Source of the DNA: Gemmatimonadota bacterium
GTDB taxonomy: Bacteria; Gemmatimonadota; Gemmatimonadetes; Gemmatimonadales; Gemmatimonadaceae
Length of the DNA: 21,633 nucleotides
Direction of reading: 5' to 3'
NCBI GenBank assembly: GCA_031372565.1
Contig: JANMLN010000142.1
Location: 1 to 21,633 of the forward strand
The notes beneath the pieces are model-generated. The model saw only the letters and a list, made by a program, of their open reading frames with translations. It had not been told where the DNA came from and searched no databases. This document shows, piece by piece, positions 1 to 7,488 of the stretch. The translations under genes and the position numbers were made by a program. Positions within the stretch are counted from its first letter, which is position 1; each line of letters starts with the position of its first letter.

Positions 1-94
1 GGTCGTCGGCCCTCACGCCGCCTCAGCGCGGGTGAGGCGCGAAGCGTCACCTTGGTTCTTTTGGCTAAGCCGAAGCCTTCGACCTTTGCGGTTA

Positions 95-120
95 GGCGGC
101 CCGCCGCCCCCTTTTTCTTT
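95..120 (+). terminator. Possible intrinsic terminator (short GC hairpin plus T-tract), oriented towards the dcd 3' end
   Basis: GGCGG-CCCG-CCGCC stem-loop (95-108) followed by CCC and TTTTTCTTT (112-120), ending 6 bp before the dcd stop codon. The stem is short and the U-tract is offset, so support is modest. Confidence 0.4.
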
Positions 121-126
121 CGCGCG

Positions 127-681
127 TTACATCCTCGGCAGCACGATTGACTCTTGCTTCTGGTACTTGCCCTTCTTGTCGGCGTAGGAGATCAAGCACT
201 CCTCGTCGCCCTCGAAGAACAGCACCTGCGCGATGCCCTCGTTGGCGTAGACCTTCGCGGGCAGCGGCGTGGTGTTCGAGATCTCCAGCGTCACGAAGCC
301 CTCCCACTCGGGCTCGAACGGCGTGACGTTGGTGATGATGCCGCAGCGCGCGTAGGTGCTCTTGCCCACGCAGATGGTGAGGATGTCGCGCGGGATGCGG
401 AAGTACTCGACCGAGCGCGCCAGCGCGAACGAGTTGGGCGGCACGATGCAGGTGTCGCCTTCGAATTCGACGAAGCTCTTGGGGTCGAAGTTCTTGGGGT
501 CGATGATCGAGCTGTTCACGTTCGTGAAGATCTTGAACTCGCGGGCCACGCGCATGTCGTACCCGTAGGCGCTCACCCCGTAGCTGATCACCCCGGATCG
601 GACCTGGGACGACTCGTAGGGCTCGATCATCCCGTGCTTGGTCGCCATCTCGGTGATCCAACGGTCGTTCATGATGCTCAT
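127..681 (-). CDS. dcd: dCTP deaminase
   Basis: 184-aa [12 protein letters not shown]...; dUTPase-superfamily motifs [27 protein letters not shown]-x2-TLE and C-terminal [10 protein letters not shown]. Confidence 0.95.
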   Translation of the reverse strand: MSIMNDRWITEMATKHGMIEPYESSQVRSGVISYGVSAYGYDMRVAREFKIFTNVNSSIIDPKNFDPKSFVEFEGDTCIVPPNSFALARSVEYFRIPRDILTICVGKSTYARCGIITNVTPFEPEWEGFVTLEISNTTPLPAKVYANEGIAQVLFFEGDEECLISYADKKGKYQKQESIVLPRM

Positions 682-715
682 GGGGCGGGGCTCGGGGTGG
701 AGGGCAACGGAGGGG

Positions 716-858
716 AAGCAGGTCCTTCGCTTCGCTCAGGACGACAACGGGGAAGCAGGTCCTTCGCTGCGCTCAGGACGACAGCGGAAAAAGCAGGTCC
801 TTCGCTGCGCTCAGGACGACGACGGAAAAAGCAGGTCCTTCGCTGCGCTCAGGACGAC
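716..858. repeat. Tandem array of four 30-bp palindromic REP-like units
   Basis: AAGCAGGTCCTTCGCT(T/G)CGCTCAGGACGAC at 716-745, 753-782, 791-820 and 829-858; linkers AACGGGG, AGCGGAAA, GACGGAAA (period 37/38/38). Each unit has the stem GTCCT...AGGAC around an 11-nt TCGCTKCGCTC centre. Confidence 0.95.
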
Positions 859-871
859 AAGATCAGGGCCG

Positions 872-899
872 AATCTACCGCCCTTTCCCCAATCCGGAA
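872..899 (-). promoter_or_regulatory. Candidate sigma70-type promoter for dcd
   Basis: Minus strand TTCCGG (899-894), N16, TAGATT (877-872). The -10 fits TAnnnT; the -35 is weak. Confidence 0.35.
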
Positions 900-924
900 C
901 GACGGGTCCTATCTCGTTTCCGGA
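893..924. promoter_or_regulatory. Imperfect inverted repeat between the divergent promoters (possible operator or hairpin)
   Basis: TCCGGAACGA (893-902), N11, TCGTTTCCGGA (914-924); arms are complementary with one bulge. Confidence 0.4.
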
Positions 925-941
925 CCGACGCTTCCGCCGCG

Positions 942-970
942 TTGACCCCTTCCGCGACCGACCGTAGTTT
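942..970 (+). promoter_or_regulatory. sigma70 promoter of the nuo operon
   Basis: TTGACC (942-947), exactly 17 nt, TAGTTT (965-970), about 60 nt upstream of the nuoA ATG. Confidence 0.7.
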
Positions 971-996
971 GCTGTAGCTGATTCGGGACGCTTCTC

Positions 997-1014
997 GGTC
1001 GCCTTCGGGCGGCC
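997..1014 (+). promoter_or_regulatory. cUUCGg tetraloop hairpin in the nuoA leader
   Basis: GGTCGCC-TTCG-GGCGGCC, 7-bp stem with one G-U pair; no U-tract follows. Confidence 0.55.
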
Positions 1015-1029
1015 TACCTACCCATTCGT

Positions 1030-1434
1030 ATGGCTCGCGCCTACCTACCCGTATTGCTGCTGCTCGGGTTCGTCATCTTCAATGCGGTGATGATTCTCGC
1101 CATTTCGCACCTCACGGTGCGCCAGCGGCCGTCGCCGGTCAAGCGCACGCCCTACGAATCCGGCATCTCTCCACTGGGCGACGCGCGCGACCGGTTCAGC
1201 GTCAAGTTCTACATGGTCGCGATGCTCTTCATCATCTTCGACATCGAGACCGTCTTCATGCTCCCGTGGGGCGCGCTCTACCATGAGCTCTCCTGCGCGG
1301 TACCGCTCGTCGCCAACGTCTGTCCGGCCGGTCAGGTGTCGTTTTTCGGCTTGGGCGAAATGCTGGTCTTCATGGCGATCCTCGTGGTCGGCTTCGTCTA
1401 CGTCTGGAAGAAGGGAGCGCTCCAATGGGATTGA
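1030..1434 (+). CDS. nuoA: NADH-quinone oxidoreductase subunit A
   Basis: 134 aa, three hydrophobic helices; motifs PYESG, RFSVKFY-x2[10 protein letters not shown] and WKKGALQWD. Confidence 0.96.
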   Translation: MARAYLPVLLLLGFVIFNAVMILAISHLTVRQRPSPVKRTPYESGISPLGDARDRFSVKFYMVAMLFIIFDIETVFMLPWGALYHELSCAVPLVANVCPAGQVSFFGLGEMLVFMAILVVGFVYVWKKGALQWD

Positions 1435-2051
1435 CCCCTCGGCCCGAGACCACGACCGTCTCGTGGCAGCCGCAATCGCAGGACGGCTGGGTGACGACGA
1501 GCCTCGACTTCATCGTCAACTGGGGGCGCGCCAACTCCCTCTGGCCCATGCCATTCGGCACCGCCTGCTGCGCCATCGAGTTCATGGCCACCGCAGCGTC
1601 GAAGTTCGACCTGGCACGCTTCGGCATGGAGCGCATGTCGTTCTCGCCGCGCCAGAGCGACCTGCTCATCTGCGCCGGCCGAGTGCCGTTCAAGCTCGCC
1701 CCGGTGCTGCGCCGCATCTGGCAGCAGATGCCGCAGCCCAAGTGGGCCATCAGCATGGGGGCGTGCGCATCGAGCGGCGGCATGTTCGACAACTACGCCG
1801 TGGTGCAGGGAATCGACACGATCATTCCGGTCGACGTGTACGTCCCGGGCTGCCCGCCACGCCCCGAAGGGCTGATCTACGGCATCATGATGCTGCAGGA
1901 GAAGATCAAGCGGGAGCGCATGAGCGACGCATCGCTGCGCCGCGAGATGGAGCCCGATCCCACCTCGCAGCTGTACCTGCCGCCGTCGGTCATCGACGAG
2001 CTCTCCGAGCCTTTCGGGAACTCGGTGCATCAGACGCGCAGCGCACCATGA
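1425..2051 (+). CDS. nuoB: NADH-quinone oxidoreductase subunit B
   Basis: 208 aa; N2 cluster ligands [31 protein letters not shown]. Confidence 0.97.
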   Translation: MGLTPRPETTTVSWQPQSQDGWVTTSLDFIVNWGRANSLWPMPFGTACCAIEFMATAASKFDLARFGMERMSFSPRQSDLLICAGRVPFKLAPVLRRIWQQMPQPKWAISMGACASSGGMFDNYAVVQGIDTIIPVDVYVPGCPPRPEGLIYGIMMLQEKIKRERMSDASLRREMEPDPTSQLYLPPSVIDELSEPFGNSVHQTRSAP

Positions 2052-2743
2052 GCGACACCGGCATCCGCATGGCCGGCCACGCGGCCCCGGACGCTCCGGC
2101 GCCCGTGACGCCGCACCAGGTCGCGCACCGTGGAGGCGAGACCAACCCGAGCGCCGCGGCGCTGGCGGCTCGCTTCCCGGGAGCGGTCACGCGCACCGAG
2201 GTCACCTGGGGCGAGACCACGGTGCACATCGTGGCCGCGCAGGCCCGCCACCTCATCCAGTGGCTGCACGACGATCCGTCGCAGCAGTACGAGTACCTCG
2301 TGGACGTGACGGCGGTCGAGTATCGCGGCGGCGGTCCGCTCGAAGTGGTCTGGCACCTGCGCTCGATCGCGTACCGCCGCTTCCTGCGCCTCAAGGCCGC
2401 CCTCGATACCACCAAGGACCTGGTCGTGCCGAGCGTGTGGCCCGTGTACAAGGGCGCCGATTGGCTGGAACGCGAGTGCTATGACATGTTCGGCATCCAC
2501 TTCGAGGGACACCCCGATCTGCGCCGCATTCTCATGTGGGAGCAGTACAAGGAAGGGTATCCGCTGCGGAAGGACTTCCCGCTGCGCGGCCGCTTCAGCC
2601 GCTCCGAACAGCTCACGCAGGCGCTCTCGGCGAACCCCGAGGCGCACTACTCGATGGGCGAATTGCGCATTGCCGATGCCTTCGATGACCTGCCCAAGGA
2701 GATGAAGGTGCGCCTGGGCCACGGCGAAGTGACCGGCGAGTGA
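2048..2743 (+). CDS. nuoC: NADH-quinone oxidoreductase subunit C
   Basis: ATG at 2048 overlaps the nuoB TGA (ATGA); 231 aa; [26 protein letters not shown]. The ORF-track start at 1283 is a spurious extension. Confidence 0.94.
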   Translation: MSDTGIRMAGHAAPDAPAPVTPHQVAHRGGETNPSAAALAARFPGAVTRTEVTWGETTVHIVAAQARHLIQWLHDDPSQQYEYLVDVTAVEYRGGGPLEVVWHLRSIAYRRFLRLKAALDTTKDLVVPSVWPVYKGADWLERECYDMFGIHFEGHPDLRRILMWEQYKEGYPLRKDFPLRGRFSRSEQLTQALSANPEAHYSMGELRIADAFDDLPKEMKVRLGHGEVTGE

Positions 2744-4050
2744 TGGCGACGCGAACGGTCGAAGTCGCCCTCGCCACCACGGGGCTCGACGGGGCAGGCA
2801 ATCCCGTGCGCACGCCGCTCGTCACCGACGCCGGCGGCAAGGTGGTGCCCGTGACGCCGCACGACGCCGCCGAGCCCGACTTCGGCGGCGAGCACATGCT
2901 CATCAACATCGGCCCGCAGCACCCGGCCACGCATGGCGTGTTGCGCCTCGTGCTCGAGCTCGATGGCGAGACCGTGGTGCGCTGCGTGCCCCATGTGGGC
3001 TACCTGCACTGCGGCTTCGAGAAGATCGGAGAGTACCGCCAGTACAACCAGATCATTCCGTGGACCGATCGCGAGGACTACCTCAACTCGATCGGCAACA
3101 ACGTCGCCTTCGTGCTGTCGGCGGAACGACTGTTCGGCGTCGAGATCACGCCGCGCTGCACGGTGCTGCGCGTCATCGCGATGGAGCTGTCGCGGATCAT
3201 CTCGCACCTCGTCTGGGTGGGCACCACCTCCATCGACATGGGCGCGTTCACGCCGTTTCTCTGGAGCTTCCAGGAACGCGAGAACGTGTACCGGCTGCTC
3301 GAAGCGTGGACGGGCGCGCGCCTCACCACGAGTGGCACGCGCGTGGGTGGCATGATTGCCGACATTCCGGCCGGCTGGCTCGACGACCTCAAGAACTTCG
3401 TGCGCACCTTCCCGCGCACGATCGACGAAGTCGACGCGATGCTCACCAAGCACGCCATCTGGGTGGGCCGCACCATCGGGCTGGGCGCGATGAGCGCCGA
3501 CGAGGCGCTCAACTACGGACTCTCGGGCCCGATGTTGCGCGCGAGCGGCGTGGCATACGATGTCCGGAAGGACTTTCCGTACCTCGACTACGAGACGTAC
3601 GACTTCGAGGTGCCGGTGGGCTCTGCCGGTGACGTGTACGACCGCTACCTCGTGCGCGTCGAGGAGCTGCGGCAGTCGGTGCGCATCCTCGAGCAGGCGA
3701 TCGCGCGGCTCCCGGACGGTCCCGTCAACATCGACGACCCGCGGCTCATCCTCCCGCCCAAGTCGAAGGCGACGAGCCAGATGGAGAGCATGATCCATCA
3801 CTTCAAGCTCGTGATGGAAGGGCCGCGCCCGCCGATCGGCGAGGCCTATGTGGCCGTGGAGAGCCCCAAGGGAGAGAAGGGCTACTACATGGTGAGCGAT
3901 GGCACGAGCAAGCCGGTGCGGTGGCGCATCCGGCCACCCTCGTTCGTGAACCTGAGTGCGATCCCGAGGATGGTCGAAGGGCATCTCTTGTCGGACGTGA
4001 TCGCGATCAATGCGAGCATCGACATCGTGATGGGAGAGATCGACCGATGA
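2743..4050 (+). CDS. nuoD: NADH-quinone oxidoreductase subunit D
   Basis: ATG at 2743 overlaps the nuoC TGA (alternative GTG at 2740); NIGPQHPATHGVLR, DREDY, ESPKGE, DIVMGEIDR. Confidence 0.97.
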   Translation: MATRTVEVALATTGLDGAGNPVRTPLVTDAGGKVVPVTPHDAAEPDFGGEHMLINIGPQHPATHGVLRLVLELDGETVVRCVPHVGYLHCGFEKIGEYRQYNQIIPWTDREDYLNSIGNNVAFVLSAERLFGVEITPRCTVLRVIAMELSRIISHLVWVGTTSIDMGAFTPFLWSFQERENVYRLLEAWTGARLTTSGTRVGGMIADIPAGWLDDLKNFVRTFPRTIDEVDAMLTKHAIWVGRTIGLGAMSADEALNYGLSGPMLRASGVAYDVRKDFPYLDYETYDFEVPVGSAGDVYDRYLVRVEELRQSVRILEQAIARLPDGPVNIDDPRLILPPKSKATSQMESMIHHFKLVMEGPRPPIGEAYVAVESPKGEKGYYMVSDGTSKPVRWRIRPPSFVNLSAIPRMVEGHLLSDVIAINASIDIVMGEIDR

Positions 4051-4592
4051 GCCACGGTCCCTCCGCCTCCGGTGGCGCCCTCGCGCGCGCGCCGCACGCA
4101 CACGACGACACGCCGCACGAGCCCGTCTTCGTTGGCGATCGCGCCAAGGACCTCGACGCGATCCTGCTCAAGTATCCGACCAAGATGGCCGCGCTCCTGC
4201 CGGCGCTCTGGATCGTGCAGGAAGCGCGCGGCTGGGTGAGCGAGGGCGGCATGGCCGAGGTCGCGCGCGTGCTCGACCTCACCCCCGCCTACGTGAAGGG
4301 GGTCGTCAGCTTCTACACCATGTACCACCAGCATCCGGTGGGGAAGTACTTCGTGCAGGTCTGCACCACCACCCCCTGCAACGTGTGCGGCGCCGAAGAC
4401 GTCGTGAACGCCTTTCTGCAGCACACGCGCTGCGGTGAGTTGGGCGCCACCAGCGCCGACGGCCGCTTCACCGTGATCGAAGTCGAGTGCCTCGGCGCGT
4501 GCGGCTTTGCCACTCCGGTCATGATCAACAGCGACTTCCTCGAGTCGGTCACCCCCGACACCGTGCCCGACATTCTGGCGGAGCTTACCTGA
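4047..4592 (+). CDS. nuoE: NADH-quinone oxidoreductase subunit E
   Basis: ATGA overlap with nuoD; 181 aa; VSFYTMY and N1a [2Fe-2S] ligands CTTTPC and ECLGAC. Confidence 0.94.
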   Translation: MSHGPSASGGALARAPHAHDDTPHEPVFVGDRAKDLDAILLKYPTKMAALLPALWIVQEARGWVSEGGMAEVARVLDLTPAYVKGVVSFYTMYHQHPVGKYFVQVCTTTPCNVCGAEDVVNAFLQHTRCGELGATSADGRFTVIEVECLGACGFATPVMINSDFLESVTPDTVPDILAELT

Positions 4593-5911
4593 TGGGCTAT
4601 CCGCACCAGTCTCACCCGCGCGAGGCGGTCGTCCTCTCGAAGTACTTCGGGGACGCCGAGGCGCGCACGCTCGCCGGGTGGAAGGCGCGCGGCGGATACC
4701 AGGCGCTCGAGCAGGCGCTCGGCATGGCGCCCGCCGATATCGTCACGATCGTCAAGGATTCGGGGCTTCGCGGCCGCGGTGGTGCCGGCTTCCCGACCGG
4801 CATCAAGTGGTCGTTCATGAAGCCCGGCGACGGCAAGCCGCACTACCTGTGCTGCAATGCCGACGAGTCGGAGCCTGGCACCTTCAAGGATCGCGAGATC
4901 ATGCGCTGGACGCCGCACGCCCTCGTCGAGGGGTGCGCGATCGGTGCCTACGCGATCGGCGCGGAGACGGCGTACATCTACATCCGCGGCGAGTTCACCG
5001 AGCCGCTCGAGTGGATGAACAAGGCCGTGAAGGAGGCATACGCCGCCGGCATCCTCGGGCCCAACGCGATGGGCACGGGCAAGCGCGTGGATGTGCACGT
5101 GCACAAGGGCGCGGGGGCGTACATCTGTGGCGAAGAGACCGCCCTCATGAACTCCCTCGAGGGACGTCGCGGCAATCCGCGCATCAAGCCGCCGTTCCCG
5201 GCCGTCGCGGGCCTGTTCGGCAAGCCGACGACGATCAACAACGTCGAGACGCTCGTGGCCGCGGCGCAGATCGTGAAGCAGGGGGCGGCGTGGTACAAGC
5301 AGTGGGGACGCGCCGACAACCCGAAGAGCACCGGCACCAAGCTCTTCTCCGTGTGCGGCAACATTGCCAGGCCCGGCAACTACGAAGTCCCGATGGGTTT
5401 CCCGTTCAAGGACTTCCTGTGGGAGCTGTGTGGCGGGCCGCTGCCCGGCCGCACGATCAAGGCGGTCATTCCCGGCGGGTCCTCGGTGCCGATCATCACG
5501 GCCGAGGAAGCCGAGGGCGCGCTCATGGACTACGAAGGGTTCGTGGCCGCGGGCACGATGCTGGGTTCGGGCGGCGTGATCGTGTTTGACGATGCGCAGA
5601 ACATGGTCAAGCAGATCGCGCGGCTGGCGCGCTTCTACGCGCACGAGAGCTGCGCCCAGTGCTCGCAGTGCCGCGAAGGCACCGCGTGGACGACCAGGAT
5701 CCTCGAACGGATCCGCGATGGGCAGGGCACGATGGAGGATCTCGACACGCTGCTCTCGATCGGCGAGAGCATGACGGGGAAGACGATCTGCGTGCTCTCC
5801 GACTCGTGCGCGGTGCCGGTGTCGAGCGGCATCGCGAAGTTCCGCCACGAGTTCGAGGCGCTGATCCCCAAGAGCCGCCACAGGGTGGCCGTGTCGGCGG
5901 GGGCCGCATGA
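4592..5911 (+). CDS. nuoF: NADH-quinone oxidoreductase subunit F
   Basis: TGATG overlap with nuoE; 439 aa; GLRGRGGAGFPTG, NADESEPGTFKDR, GAGAYICGEETAL, N3 ligands ESCAQCSQCREG...TIC. Confidence 0.97.
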   Translation: MGYPHQSHPREAVVLSKYFGDAEARTLAGWKARGGYQALEQALGMAPADIVTIVKDSGLRGRGGAGFPTGIKWSFMKPGDGKPHYLCCNADESEPGTFKDREIMRWTPHALVEGCAIGAYAIGAETAYIYIRGEFTEPLEWMNKAVKEAYAAGILGPNAMGTGKRVDVHVHKGAGAYICGEETALMNSLEGRRGNPRIKPPFPAVAGLFGKPTTINNVETLVAAAQIVKQGAAWYKQWGRADNPKSTGTKLFSVCGNIARPGNYEVPMGFPFKDFLWELCGGPLPGRTIKAVIPGGSSVPIITAEEAEGALMDYEGFVAAGTMLGSGGVIVFDDAQNMVKQIARLARFYAHESCAQCSQCREGTAWTTRILERIRDGQGTMEDLDTLLSIGESMTGKTICVLSDSCAVPVSSGIAKFRHEFEALIPKSRHRVAVSAGAA

Positions 5912-7488
5912 CGGCTCCCGTGGCGGCTCCAGCCGGTCCGAAGATGATCACGCTCACGATCGAGGGGCGGACCGTCAGCGTGCCCGAAGGGACGAGCATC
6001 CTCGAGGCGTCCAAGCTCGTGGGCGTCCTCGTGCCGCACTACTGCTACCACCCGGGGCTCCCCGTGGCGGGCGTGTGCCGCATGTGCCTGGTAGAGGTCG
6101 AGAAGGCGCCCAAGCTCGCGCCGGCCTGCGCCACGAGCGTGATGGAAGGCAACGTCGTGCACGTGCACAGCCCGAAGGCGCTCGACGCGCGCAAGGGCGT
6201 GCTCGAGATGCTCCTGATCAATCACCCGCTCGACTGTCCGATCTGCGATCAGGCCGGCGAGTGCGAACTGCAGGACTACACCTTCCAGGAAGGGCGCGCC
6301 GATTCGCGCTATCAGGAACCGAAGCGGTTCAATCCGGTCGAGGATTTCGGCGGGGACGTGTTGTACGTGCCCAACCGCTGCATCCTGTGCACGCGGTGCG
6401 TGCGCTTCATGGACGCCGTGGCCGAGGAGCCCGTCCTCTGCGTGAGCGAGCGCGGCGATCGCGCGGTCATCTCCAAGTTCGAAGGCGATGATCTCACGCA
6501 CGCCTGGGCGGGCAACGTGGTCGATCTCTGCCCGGTCGGTGCGCTGCTCAGCAAGGACTTCCTCAACAAGGCGCGGGCGTGGGAACTGGACCGCGCCGCG
6601 AGCATCTGCCCCAACTGCACGCAGGGGTGCAACAGCGTCCTCGAGGTGCGCGACAACACGGTCGTGCGCATGAAGCCGCGCCCCAACGAGGACGTGAACC
6701 AGTTCTACCTCTGCGACACGGGGCGGCTCGACTACCGCTGGCTCAACCGCCCCGATCGTGCCGAGCAGCCGATGGTGCGCATGCACGACGCCCTGGATCG
6801 CGTGGAGTGGGAGGCCGCCATCGCCGCGGCCGCCGCGCTCATCACGGGTGCCAAGGTGCATGTCGTGGCGGCGCCGACGCTCTCCAACGAAGCGCTCTTC
6901 CTGCTGGAGCGGATCATCACGGGGCAGGGCGGCACCGGACGCTTTGCCGTCGAGACGGGCCCCGAAGCGCCGCTGGCGGGGGTGCACGACCTGTCGCTGC
7001 GCGCCGAGCGCGCGGCGAACGTCCGTGGTGCCGAACTCCTCGGTTTCGTGAAGGGCGACGATCCGCTGGCCGGCCTCACGAGCGAGCATGTGCTGATCGT
7101 CGCCGACCACGACGTGGACCGCCTCGACCCCGTCGCGCTCCGGCGAGCCAAGGCGCTGATCGTGATCGGGACGGCGCTCGATGCGCCGCTCGCGCACGCC
7201 GACGTGGTCCTGCCGATCGCGAACATGGCCGAAGAGGAAGGCAGCTTCACCAATCTGCGCGGGCGCGTGCAGCGGTTCTTCCAGGCCAAGGCCGCACCGG
7301 GCATGGCGCGACCGAGCTGGTTCGTGCTCGCCGATCTCGCCGCCGCCTGCGGGGCAGCCACGCCGACGTGGGCTCCGGCGGAGGTCTTCGCCCAGCTCGC
7401 GCGCACGCACGCGCACTTCGACGGCATGACATGGGCAGGCCTTGGTCTCAAGGGCGCGCTGCCCGCCTCGGCGGAGGCCACCGCATGA
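5908..7488 (+). CDS. nuoG: NADH-quinone oxidoreductase subunit G (short form)
   Basis: ATGA overlap with nuoF; 526 aa; N1b (YCYH...CRMC...PAC), N5 (HPLDCPICDQAGEC), N4 (CILCTRC...CPVGAL), N7 (CPNCTQGC...LCD). Confidence 0.93.
   Translation: MTAPVAAPAGPKMITLTIEGRTVSVPEGTSILEASKLVGVLVPHYCYHPGLPVAGVCRMCLVEVEKAPKLAPACATSVMEGNVVHVHSPKALDARKGVLEMLLINHPLDCPICDQAGECELQDYTFQEGRADSRYQEPKRFNPVEDFGGDVLYVPNRCILCTRCVRFMDAVAEEPVLCVSERGDRAVISKFEGDDLTHAWAGNVVDLCPVGALLSKDFLNKARAWELDRAASICPNCTQGCNSVLEVRDNTVVRMKPRPNEDVNQFYLCDTGRLDYRWLNRPDRAEQPMVRMHDALDRVEWEAAIAAAAALITGAKVHVVAAPTLSNEALFLLERIITGQGGTGRFAVETGPEAPLAGVHDLSLRAERAANVRGAELLGFVKGDDPLAGLTSEHVLIVADHDVDRLDPVALRRAKALIVIGTALDAPLAHADVVLPIANMAEEEGSFTNLRGRVQRFFQAKAAPGMARPSWFVLADLAAACGAATPTWAPAEVFAQLARTHAHFDGMTWAGLGLKGALPASAEATA

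Noticed and set aside
1..16. Possible minus-strand gene start (GTG AGG GCC GAC GAC) at the window edge
   Set aside because: Only five codons are visible, which is not enough to support a call.
716..858. CRISPR array
   Set aside because: The repeat is CRISPR-sized and palindromic, but linkers are only 7-8 nt and resemble each other; no cas genes or AT-rich leader in the window.
154..967. Plus-strand ORFs 154-945 and 638-967
   Set aside because: Antisense to dcd and read through the stop-free repeats (KQVLRCAQDD, GPSLRSG, SFAALRT are the three frames of the repeat); no protein-like features.
2743..7488. Hydrogenase or formate dehydrogenase-linked complex instead of complex I
   Set aside because: NuoD lacks the NiFe CxxC motifs and keeps the quinone-site His/Tyr; NuoEF with FMN/NADH motifs are present; the NuoG C-terminal region is too reduced for a molybdoenzyme.
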